A program made the translations under genes and the position numbers. Positions 17,725 to 25,614 of a DNA stretch of 64,000 bases are shown here, in pieces; position 1 is the first letter of the stretch, and every line of letters begins with the position of its first letter. Location of the stretch: positions 64,001 to 128,000 of IMG/VR virus record IMGVR_UViG_3300027759_000050. One strand, given 5' to 3'. Below the pieces are notes generated by a model that made no database searches, was not told the DNA's origin, and worked only from the letters and a program-made list of their open reading frames with translations. The DNA is from a virus.

Positions 17725-18174
17725 TTAACGATTACACAATTCACAGTCAGCACCATCAGGGCCAACCTTTACTTCGTCATACCATGACAAGTCCATCCCA
17801 TCAGTTAGCATGAAATCGACACGAGCTTGTGCTAATTCTGCTGTGGGATAAACACCAAAGATATAACTCTCAGGGCATCCCCGGGTCTCTGCACGGACAA
17901 TAAAAATTGAAGTCATAATAATCCTTTAACCAAAAATCTGAGCGTCCATCTCTTGGACTTGTAACTCTTTAGTGGTGTGGTCGATAATCTCCCAAATACC
18001 ACCTTTGACCGGCAAGGCCATCACAATATCATGCGAATAGACCGAACCCATTTCAGTGTAATAACCTTCTACCTCGACCATACGGGTCGTACCGCGTTGG
18101 TTATCCATCATAGTACCGTACCAGCCATTACGCATACGGACACGCATACCTTTTTTAATATCAGCAGTTTTCAT
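17725..18174 (-). other. Two small hypothetical genes (17725-17916, 17926-18174)
   Basis: ORFs with RBS in the early array. Confidence 0.6.
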
Positions 18175-18398
18175 TCTTTGACTCCAAAGTGTTCCATTAT
18201 AACATCAGACGATATGCCATAAGGTTCATCATTCCTTATACATTCATAATTGTATTTTCTCACCAATTTGGCACATTCCCACACAATCAACTCGGCGAAC
18301 TTGTTCAACTGTGCTGGCAATAATTTATCAGTTGCAGGGTTATCCCAATATTCTTCTGCCCAAATTTTATCAGCAAGTTCTTGGATTCGTTCGTTCAT
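18171..18398 (-). CDS. Small phage protein, MNERI...KFAELIV family (copy 2)
   Basis: Paralogous to 13437-13649. Confidence 0.7.
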   Translation of the reverse strand: MNERIQELADKIWAEEYWDNPATDKLLPAQLNKFAELIVWECAKLVRKYNYECIRNDEPYGISSDVIMEHFGVKE

Positions 18399-18487
18399 AT
18401 CAAGGTTCCAATAACATTCGTATAGTAATCAATATTACACACACTACAATGATCCAGGCTTGTGTTTCTGTCATCATTCATTACCTC

Positions 18488-19015
18488 TTACTTGTTATCA
18501 ACCACAACAAACTCGGTGATGCCATACTTTTTGGTCAGAAATGCTTTTGCAGCATCGACAGTAGGACGGGCCGCTTCAGATTTACCACCGAACCAGGCCA
18601 TATACTTTTGACGGTCTGCACGGAACACGATAGTACCATCTGCAAAGGTTTCTTTAGTAGATACTTTTGCTACCTTGACAGTCTTAGGTGCTTTCGGCGC
18701 TTTAGCAGGTTTTGCTACCTTGACAGGTTTGGTACCAGTGATATCCATACCTACAGAATCCATCAATTCTACAACGGACACTTCCTTGGTCGCTTTTGGT
18801 GTCAGCACCTTGACAGGACCACGCCACGGTAGGAAACCGAGAGCACCAGTCTTACCTTTGGCTTGCATCACATCTTCCATGAGATACTCGCAGCGTGACC
18901 ATTCCTGGGACTCGGCATCGAACCAGCGATACGGAGTGCCGAGTTTCTCACCACGGTCGACCACATACAAGCCAGAGTGAACAGGATTAACACCAGAATT
19001 AAATACTTTTTCCAT
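18488..19015 (-). CDS. Early protein with H1-like PAKAPKAPK linker
   Basis: GAGG RBS, own promoter, Lys/Ala/Pro repeat. Confidence 0.7.
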   Translation of the reverse strand: MEKVFNSGVNPVHSGLYVVDRGEKLGTPYRWFDAESQEWSRCEYLMEDVMQAKGKTGALGFLPWRGPVKVLTPKATKEVSVVELMDSVGMDITGTKPVKVAKPAKAPKAPKTVKVAKVSTKETFADGTIVFRADRQKYMAWFGGKSEAARPTVDAAKAFLTKKYGITEFVVVDNK

Positions 19016-19043
19016 AATTACCTCTATCAACAAATCAAACTAT

Positions 19044-19096
19044 ATTATAACAGAATCCAACGGATATGTCAAGCACACTGTTGTTTTTATACAACA
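19044..19096 (-). promoter_or_regulatory. sigma70 early promoter with upstream TGTTG-N8-CAACA
   Basis: TTGACA-17-TATAAT; TGTTGTATAAAAACAACA at 19079-19096. Confidence 0.85.
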
Positions 19097-19336
19097 TCAA
19101 TATTCATATGCCGAGAAAGCAACAGCATTCTGCTTCAGGCAGGTAGACTGACGGCAGGTACCGTTCCGATTAGGAAACGCATCGGCAGGAGTATTACGAG
19201 GACCACGGTATCGCAGTTTGTAATATTTACCAGTGATTTTAGATATTTCCCGAAATACAGGAAGATATTTAATTGGGATATTAGAATATTCAGCCCGTGC
19301 CGAGTAATTAGCAAAAGAATTAAAAGATATTTTCAT
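19097..19336 (-). CDS. Hypothetical protein
   Basis: LRYRGPR...CLK..A..FS.Y. Confidence 0.65.
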   Translation of the reverse strand: MKISFNSFANYSARAEYSNIPIKYLPVFREISKITGKYYKLRYRGPRNTPADAFPNRNGTCRQSTCLKQNAVAFSAYEY

Positions 19337-19360
19337 GATAATATAATAATTAAATAATAA

Positions 19361-20110
19361 TTATGCCGCTTTGAGCATAATTGAAGGGTATTTTACGAAA
19401 CCAGAGGTATCTTTTTTCGCTTTACCTTTTGCATAGAGACCGACCACAGAGTTTGCAGGGTCCAGAAAACGCAGGTCCGATTCATCGCCGTTAAATACAG
19501 GCATAAATTTATAGGTTTCAGGCATTGCTGAACCTTTTTTGATACCGAATACCACAGCAATATTATAACCTTGGGTCATCGCCGACATTACATCAGCATC
19601 ATTACCATCAGCAGCAGAAAATGTCAGGTGATAATTAGCAATATTATTTACTTTACGACCTAGCACCTTGGTGTAGTCATAGAATTGGACATTAGGAAAT
19701 GCCGCGAAAATATTGATATATGTCACACCGTCTACCTCGACAGTATATTTTTCCCATGATATATCAGAGGTACCATTGAGGCGGAACACAGGAACCAGAC
19801 CTTGTTTCGCTGCCTGCTTGATTGCTAATTTAATATCAGCGACCAACCACTCAAAGAAACCAGCACGCTCTTCGTAGAAAAACACCGTTTTGCGAATCCG
19901 TGCCTTTTGAATAACATTGGTATTTTCACCTTTTTTGAACATACCGCCGCGACCGGCAGTATTCAAGCAGGCAGCAATACAACCTGCCGTTGCTTTGGGG
20001 CAAGTATTATGTCCTGATAATGTAGCAGGAGCAAGGTGCAGAATATAGGTCATATAACCTTGAGTCATACCCTTGAGCGTTTTGGGATTACCGACTGATA
20101 ATAATTTCAT
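19361..20110 (-). CDS. GP88-like (radical-SAM-related Cys motif) protein
   Basis: CP.AT.GC...CL..AGRG, RLNGTSDI.W, QFYDYTK, GD.SDLRF.D. Confidence 0.75.
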   Translation of the reverse strand: MKLLSVGNPKTLKGMTQGYMTYILHLAPATLSGHNTCPKATAGCIAACLNTAGRGGMFKKGENTNVIQKARIRKTVFFYEERAGFFEWLVADIKLAIKQAAKQGLVPVFRLNGTSDISWEKYTVEVDGVTYINIFAAFPNVQFYDYTKVLGRKVNNIANYHLTFSAADGNDADVMSAMTQGYNIAVVFGIKKGSAMPETYKFMPVFNGDESDLRFLDPANSVVGLYAKGKAKKDTSGFVKYPSIMLKAA

Positions 20111-20113
20111 AAT

Positions 20114-20323
20114 TTACTCCACAGAAACAAAAATATCAACTACAGAGGACAAAAGCATCGACATTTCATAGTCGCCATTATTATCATCTTCGCATTCTGC
20201 CACCAATTCGAATTCGTTTAGAGCATCATAGATTAAATCTAATTGCTCTTGCGTGAATAATTGTTGCAACATTGCTTGCTGTTCTGCTTTTGTCATTTTG
20301 TTACTTTCAGTATCGTTTAACAT
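20114..20323 (-). CDS. Small acidic early protein (start 20323 leaderless, or 20296)
   Basis: ORF directly after the promoter. Confidence 0.6.
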   Translation of the reverse strand: MLNDTESNKMTKAEQQAMLQQLFTQEQLDLIYDALNEFELVAECEDDNNGDYEMSMLLSSVVDIFVSVE

Positions 20324-20330
20324 GAGTGCC

Positions 20331-20372
20331 ATTATACACGAATCCTAGGATTTGTCAAGCAACCTTAGTTGC
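20331..20372 (-). promoter_or_regulatory. sigma70 promoter plus GCAAC-N4-GTTGC operator
   Basis: GCAACTAAGGTTGC-TTGACA-16-TATAAT-GGCAC. Confidence 0.85.
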
Positions 20373-20845
20373 GATCCGGTCTTTCTTTACAGAATGATCC
20401 GAAAATACAGAATAAACTCCGTCGGGGGTAATAAATTTCCGCAATTTATGGTTATATTGACCATCCGATACTTTAGTATAACCGTATTGTGGGTGCTGCA
20501 AACGAATATCATCCGTTTTCAACATAAACAGGACATTTTTATATCCGTTATAAACGGCACAGTTTGCAATAATTTTCATTTTGGACTAATTCCGACTACC
20601 ATATTCATAGTAGAAAAAGATATATTAACCAGAAGCATATTACGGTCGTTCAATGCTGCTTCGATTTTATTCACAATATTATCCTTGAATTGTTGCTCTT
20701 CAAAGGATAGATTATGCCGCGCTTCATGGAGATGGGTATAACCATTATTATCAAAAGTAAATGGTACCAAATATACCTCTTTTGATCCACCTGCGGTAGT
20801 ACCATTCAGCAGTCTCCGAGAATTAAATAATATTTTATTCGCCAT
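20355..20845 (-). other. Two small early genes (20355-20579, 20576-20845)
   Basis: ATGA-coupled ORFs. Confidence 0.6.
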
Positions 20846-21063
20846 AATATCTACCTTTACAGTCCAGACTAATCAATATTCCGCCAGCATTTCATACTCC
20901 GATACCACAGTATCAAAAGCATCCTGCTCAGTAGCAGTTAAGCCCGCATATTCCAGTTCCATTGTTTCAATAGCGTCCATAAATGATTCGCATTTATTAG
21001 AGTAACCGAAGCGAGAAACTACCGCCATTGCTTGTCCGAATGTCATAATATAACCTTTTCCAA

Positions 21064-21336
21064 TTAAACCGTTATTAAATAATAATCTTTGATAATACGA
21101 ATAGCATCCTGAATATTATCAGCAGCATTATACAACCAACCAGTTTGAGTATCACCCAAATCAATATTAGAATGATATACTGATATTCCACCAGTTTTCA
21201 TATTATGCACAAATTTACCGATTAGTTTAGAACCATCGAATAAATTATAAGTATAATATTCGGGGTCAGTATCAGCAGTAAATTTGCTAGATTCAGCAAT
21301 AATATAAAAATTGCGCGCGGTAGTATCGTTTTTCAT
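21064..21336 (-). CDS. Early hypothetical protein, probably leaderless
   Basis: ATG 7 nt after TATAAT, no SD. Confidence 0.65.
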   Translation of the reverse strand: MKNDTTARNFYIIAESSKFTADTDPEYYTYNLFDGSKLIGKFVHNMKTGGISVYHSNIDLGDTQTGWLYNAADNIQDAIRIIKDYYLITV

Positions 21337-21343
21337 AGGTGCC

Positions 21344-21875
21344 ATTATACAGGTGCCATAGAGGATTGTCAAGCACTCATAGTTGCGATCCTAGGATTAT
21401 TGTGCAATATAGTGCATTTTTGTGTCATAAAAACAACAGCCCGCAGGATATGTCGCATTATCATGTAAATGAGAATGATTCTCATCCATATTGTCGCATC
21501 CAGAACATTTTAGCGGAGTTTAGTCTGTGTGTCCGATTTTCCTGTGAATAATCCAGCATTATATCAGAAAATCCGAAGGTTGTCAAGCGTTTTCCGCACA
21601 ATTTTCGCATATTTTTCGCTATTGCTTCGAGGTTCTTCATAGATAAAAACTATCGCGGGTCTCTGAGATGCTCTGAGAATATATCAACCACTCTCCACGT
21701 CCATCCCGCTCATTGCTTCGAATCATGCGTCCATTATACCAGAACCCCTGAGCATTGTCAAGCCCTCCTGCCTATTGTATTCCTCTATCAGCCTCTGAGG
21801 TCTCATAGAGGGACTCTATCGATTCGCCCACAGTCGGTGTGCCTCCATCCTATCACAATCCAGAGCCCCTGTCAA
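21344..21875 (-). promoter_or_regulatory. Four tandem leftward sigma70 promoters (21344-21372, 21558-21586, 21733-21761, 21847-21875)
   Basis: TTGACA-17-TATAAT three times and TTGACA-17-TAGGAT once. Confidence 0.85.
21467..21485. promoter_or_regulatory. Fur box
   Basis: AAATGAGAATGATTCTCAT; perfect 7-1-7 inverted repeat TGAGAAT-G-ATTCTCA (Fur consensus TGATAAT-N-ATTATCA). Confidence 0.7.
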
Positions 21876-21885
21876 GCCCCAGCTG

Positions 21886-21975
21886 GACACTACCTGGCCA
21901 CCTGTTTTTTCGGATAGCTTCGAAAAGCTGCAGCTTTCCGCTGGTTTTGACGGAATCAGGTGGCCAGGTAGTGTC
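21886..21975. repeat. 90-bp dyad element at the transcription divergence point
   Basis: Perfect 19-bp inverted arms (21886-21904, 21957-21975) centred on palindrome AAAGCTGCAGCTTT (21924-21937). Confidence 0.9.
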
Positions 21976-21985
21976 TCACCATTTC

Positions 21986-22037
21986 GCAACCATTGTTGTG
22001 ATTTTTCGCTTGACAATCCCACTGGTTCTGGTATAAT
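21986..22037 (+). promoter_or_regulatory. Rightward sigma70 promoter 1
   Basis: GCAACCATTGTTGT...TTGACA-16-TATAAT-GGCAC. Confidence 0.8.
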
Positions 22038-22044
22038 GGCACCT

Positions 22045-22191
22045 ATGAAAACGACACACCCTACACCACCAGCCACAGGATGCGACACCGGCCTTTGCCA
22101 GGACTATGATAGTGGATTGGCCCGCTGGTTCTCCAGCCGGTTGGGTGCTCTCTATTATTTGAGACTCCATTTCGCAACTAAGGTTGCTTGA
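22045..22191 (+). CDS. 48-aa leaderless ORF (MKTTHPTPP...FATKVA), absent from ORF track
   Basis: ATG 7 nt after TATAAT; stops in the -35 box of the next promoter. Confidence 0.55.
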   Translation: MKTTHPTPPATGCDTGLCQDYDSGLARWFSSRLGALYYLRLHFATKVA

Positions 22192-22216
22192 CATTCCTAC
22201 CAATCCATTGTATAAT
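22174..22216 (+). promoter_or_regulatory. Rightward sigma70 promoter 2 plus operator
   Basis: GCAACTAAGGTTGC-TTGACA-17-TATAAT. Confidence 0.9.
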
Positions 22217-22246
22217 GGCACCACTTAAACGAAACAAGGACGCAAA

Positions 22247-22558
22247 ATGATAATCTCCGAATATGATGCTCTGCAAAGCTACGACGAAATGCTGGATGAC
22301 GTATACCCTGAGGTTACTCTGGGCTTCTCCTCCTTCCTGCCTTCCCGTGTGCTGAAGGAAATGGACCGTACGGCCTACAATGAGGGTTTCCATGACTATG
22401 TAAATTCTATGGCTGACGACGGCACCTACGTTGAAGGCTACACCGATGACCTGGAAGAATCCGTCGATGATTCTATGGACGGTGACCACGATTCGGCCAT
22501 GGCCTCTGCGGGCTTTGGTACGGATGAGGATTATGGTTCTTTTGGTAATGAGGAATAA
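22247..22558 (+). CDS. Acidic early protein (DSMDGDHDSAMASAGFGTDEDYG family)
   Basis: AAGGA RBS; very acidic, possible DNA mimic. Confidence 0.8.
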   Translation: MIISEYDALQSYDEMLDDVYPEVTLGFSSFLPSRVLKEMDRTAYNEGFHDYVNSMADDGTYVEGYTDDLEESVDDSMDGDHDSAMASAGFGTDEDYGSFGNEE

Positions 22559-22559
22559 A

Positions 22560-22688
22560 ATGAAATTTTTAATTGGTATGGCTTTTGGTATCATAGTGGC
22601 TACGGTTGGTTTTACTGGCTTTGCTCAGTTGGCCGACCATGGTCTGGTCAAGGTCAAGGCTGCGGCCACTGAGGTGATTGCCAAATAG
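22560..22688 (+). CDS. Small single-TM protein
   Basis: MKFLIGMAFGIIVATVGF...; GAGGA RBS. Confidence 0.7.
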   Translation: MKFLIGMAFGIIVATVGFTGFAQLADHGLVKVKAAATEVIAK

Positions 22689-22697
22689 TTCCAAATC

Positions 22698-22739
22698 GCA
22701 ACTATAGGTTGTGACAGGAAAGACCAACTCTGGTATAAT
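22698..22739 (+). promoter_or_regulatory. Rightward sigma70 promoter 3 plus operator variant
   Basis: GCAACTATAGGTT-GTGACA-17-TATAAT. Confidence 0.8.
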
Positions 22740-22760
22740 GGCACCATCTAAACGAAACAA

Positions 22761-22846
22761 GGTTGATCCAAAAAGCAAGACACGCAAAACGGAACCCACG
22801 CGAAAGCAAAAAGGGAACCACGCAAAAAGTCAAGCACGGATCAACC
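22761..22846 (+). ncRNA. Structured A-rich leader or small RNA
   Basis: 9-bp stem GGTTGATCC/GGATCAACC enclosing three CACGC(A/G)AAA repeats. Confidence 0.5.
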
Positions 22847-22866
22847 ACCTAATTTAAGGACTCCAA

Positions 22867-23235
22867 ATGACCGAAATGACCCGCACCGAAGAGCTTCAAT
22901 CCATCCACTGGGATATGTACAAGGACGCTCATGGCTTCCGTCCTCGCCATGTAAATACCCTCCACTGGACCGAGGAAATGTTCTTGGCTGAATTTGAGGC
23001 TCTCGAGCTGGTCATCCGCCAAGAGGAGCTGCAGCGTGCCTTCGCTGAAGGTAAAGCCGCTGCTCGCTTCGAGGCTCGCGTGGATGACCTGATGGCCACT
23101 GGTGCTAAGGATGCCGAGACGGCCATCCGTTGGATCATGGACGCCGAAGGCGCTAATGGCGACCAAGGCTTCGCTGAGTACCTGCTGGGCCTGCCCTACG
23201 GTTACATTACCAAATTCGCAACCAAAGTTGCTTGA
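22867..23235 (+). CDS. Conserved early protein (D.YKDAHGFRPR family)
   Basis: AAGGA RBS; motif common in T4-like early regions. Confidence 0.8.
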   Translation: MTEMTRTEELQSIHWDMYKDAHGFRPRHVNTLHWTEEMFLAEFEALELVIRQEELQRAFAEGKAAARFEARVDDLMATGAKDAETAIRWIMDAEGANGDQGFAEYLLGLPYGYITKFATKVA

Positions 23236-23260
23236 CTTTTCTCTCAACCGGGTGTATAAT
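23218..23260 (+). promoter_or_regulatory. Rightward sigma70 promoter 4 plus operator
   Basis: GCAACCAAAGTTGC-TTGACT-17-TATAAT. Confidence 0.85.
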
Positions 23261-23293
23261 ACATCCATCGTAAACAAAAAAGGAAACTTTAAA

Positions 23294-23563
23294 ATGGCTA
23301 AATCAAAATCTTTTCTCGGTTCTGCTCTCGCACTCAAGCGTGAAGCTCTGAAGGCTCTCAAAGCTGAAGTCGCTCAAATGGCTAAACAATATGCTCATGA
23401 GCGTTTCGCTATCAAGCAAGATAAATTGGTTATGGCTGCTGCGCGCAAGGAAGCTGCTATCGCAAAAGCGAAAGCTAAACTGGAAAAGCTGACTGCTCCA
23501 GTCGGTGCGAAAGCTCTCAAAGCGAATCGCAAACCATCCGCAGTTATTGTGACCAAGGGCTGA
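23294..23563 (+). CDS. Lys/Ala-rich basic early protein (histone-like composition)
   Basis: AAGGA RBS; GCT/AAA/CGT-biased codons. Confidence 0.75.
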   Translation: MAKSKSFLGSALALKREALKALKAEVAQMAKQYAHERFAIKQDKLVMAAARKEAAIAKAKAKLEKLTAPVGAKALKANRKPSAVIVTKG

Positions 23564-23596
23564 TTATATCACAAGGGGCTTGCTTTGTCAAGCCCC
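23563..23596 (-). promoter_or_regulatory. Antisense sigma70 promoter overlapping a hairpin
   Basis: TTGACA-17-TATAAT on minus; GGGGCTTG/CAAGCCCC stem. Confidence 0.7.
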
Positions 23597-23694
23597 CATA
23601 TAGAAGCATACTGCTTGCCTGACCGAAAAAGTCGTGGTAAACTATAAGAGAAAGAGGTTCGAATCCTCGGGACTGGTAGTGTGCTTCTATATGG
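23596..23694 (+). ncRNA. tRNA-mimic-like small RNA (long closing stem plus T-arm)
   Basis: 19-bp stem with two G.U pairs; GAGG-TTCGAAT-CCTC at 23654-23668; GTGGTAA D-loop-like stretch. Confidence 0.65.
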
Positions 23695-23710
23695 TAACCA
23701 AGGACATAAA

Positions 23711-23941
23711 ATGAACGAAAATTACAAAGCTGACCTGATGCAACGCTTACAAGGACAAACCTTGACCCGTGCCGAACTATTCAAGGATGACCCTGCTTCC
23801 CTAATCGATGCCGTCCTGGATCAGATTAAAACCGACATAGCCATGGGTGACCTGATGGCCATCGAGGGGCTCCTGATGAATTGCCGCGAGGAGGCTCTGC
23901 TGGGATACCTGCCTGAAGAATTCCTAGGATCGCAACTATAG
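23711..23941 (+). CDS. Early hypothetical protein
   Basis: AAGGA RBS before ATG 23711. Confidence 0.7.
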   Translation: MNENYKADLMQRLQGQTLTRAELFKDDPASLIDAVLDQIKTDIAMGDLMAIEGLLMNCREEALLGYLPEEFLGSQL

Positions 23942-23973
23942 GTTGTGACATTCCGACCGAACCTGTGTATAAT
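23932..23973 (+). promoter_or_regulatory. Rightward sigma70 promoter 5 plus operator variant
   Basis: GCAACTATAGGTT-GTGACA-17-TATAAT-GGCAC. Confidence 0.8.
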
Positions 23974-24003
23974 GGCACCATCTAAACGAAACTAGGAAGC
24001 AAA

Positions 24004-24237
24004 ATGTTCAAGACACAATCCGCAGCAAGCAAAGTCCGTACCCTCCGTATGCAAAACCTCCTGAGGGACTTCGGTGACGCTTCGGTTAAAAAGCACAAGA
24101 CCTACGCCTTCTCGGCAGGTTACATGGAGAGCACGGTCCTGTCCATGTTCTCGGAGATGACCAAGGCACAGCAAGAGCATTGGCTTGAGTGCTTCGCGGC
24201 TCGTACCTCTGACGCTATCAAAGCTTTGGAGGCATAA
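24004..24237 (+). CDS. Early hypothetical protein (YAF.AGY.ES motif)
   Basis: AGGA RBS. Confidence 0.75.
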   Translation: MFKTQSAASKVRTLRMQNLLRDFGDASVKKHKTYAFSAGYMESTVLSMFSEMTKAQQEHWLECFAARTSDAIKALEA

Positions 24238-24458
24238 TATGGACAAGGACATGGAGAAGACCTTGACTGGTCTGGCATTCACCTTGACCTACCTGTTGGT
24301 CTTGGTGGTAGTGGTAATGGATACAGTTTACTGGAGGGCAGGATAATGGCATGGTTGGATATGGTTAATGTTCTGATGGGTTATGATATGGCTCGGAGGA
24401 TCGGGCTCGCTCTGGATTGCTCTGTGGCTGGCAAGCTAATCCACAAGGCTAATCAGGC

Positions 24459-24487
24459 AGTATAACACAGGTGGTGGGGGAGGTCAA
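24459..24487 (-). promoter_or_regulatory. Antisense sigma70-like promoter at the end of the rightward arm
   Basis: TTGACC-17-TATACT with extended TG. Confidence 0.55.
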
Positions 24488-24826
24488 GCCCCCACTGCTT
24501 GGAAGCACAGTGGTCGGCAGGGGCTGGCAGCAGTGCCGGCGACAGGCTATGGCGATATGGCGGTGCGTGCTAAGAAAAAGTTCTCCATGGCGAAACTCTT
24601 TTCTTTTCCATTTTATTTTCTGGCCCCTCCAAGCAGTTTTCGAATTTTCACTATTTTCGCCTCCTAATTTTTTTTCAGGAGGCCGCAGAGGCCCTAATGT
24701 TTTTTCCTCTTAGTGGTTCTAGCAACACCTGATGGTTTCACTCTCTTGGTCGATGTACTGACCTTACCTGTCTTTCTATTTGTGGTCTTTGTGGTTCTAA
24801 AAGAACCCGCAATCTTTACCATCTTC

Positions 24827-25587
24827 TCAAATAGTTTCATTCTTTATCTCCCACCTAGTCTTTATTTCCTCTAAGGCTTCTTCGAGCGCCTTCGTTCTTT
24901 GTTCCAAATTGGGGTTCGGATAACTATACTGAGTGGTTACTGTGGTGTTAATATTACTAATTGTACCACCTGATCCTATTGGTAACATAGTAACAGGTAA
25001 CATAGTACCAACGGCAACCGTAATAGCCGGCTGCGGCTGAAATTCATCATTAATAATAGTGGAAGCGAATTTACCTGATATACCGTTGGAACCTTTTTGA
25101 ACATCCTCTATGGTCTTTCTAGCCTTAATGGCTTTTATGCACCATGTTATCTCATCTAAATCAGTTCTGTCCTCATAGGACCCAATATAGTATCCTTCTA
25201 TTTCGTTCAAGCCTTTAAGTTGATTTGCATTACTAACATAGACGTACTCAGGAAAATATCCTTCTAATTCTCCACCATATTCGGTCCACTCATGGAGTTT
25301 CTTTCTTTGGTAATCTTCGAACTCTTTGGGGTTACCCGCCACTATAAAAATTTTCTTCTTGGGGGTCATTTAATCTCTAAGCGTTTGATTAGGTTAGTAA
25401 GCAAAGAACTTGGTGACCTAGGATTGGAAATCTGAAAACCACCACCAGGTGCTCGTTTGACTTTGACACCAGGATTCTGTTTCTTGATTTTCTTAATCAT
25501 CTCCTTATCTTTGGCTTTTTTCTCGGCCGGTGTAAGTTCAGGTTCTTTGTTGATTGGTTCAATATCTTCAATAATTTCTTCGGTCAT
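24827..25587 (-). other. Two hypothetical genes (24827-25369, 25366-25587)
   Basis: ATGA-coupled ORFs. Confidence 0.65.
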
Positions 25588-25614
25588 TCTTAAACTCCTA
25601 TTTGTCCTATTTGT

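Noticed and set aside
15543-24000. CRISPR array
   Set aside because: Repeats are promoter/operator cassettes separated by whole genes, not regular spacers; the Cas4-like exonuclease is a common stand-alone phage gene
21816-24713. Minus-strand ORFs over the early arm and plus ORFs 21839-22036 and 24471-24713
   Set aside because: No RBS; they overlap promoters or better-supported genes and are explained by higher GC reducing stop frequency
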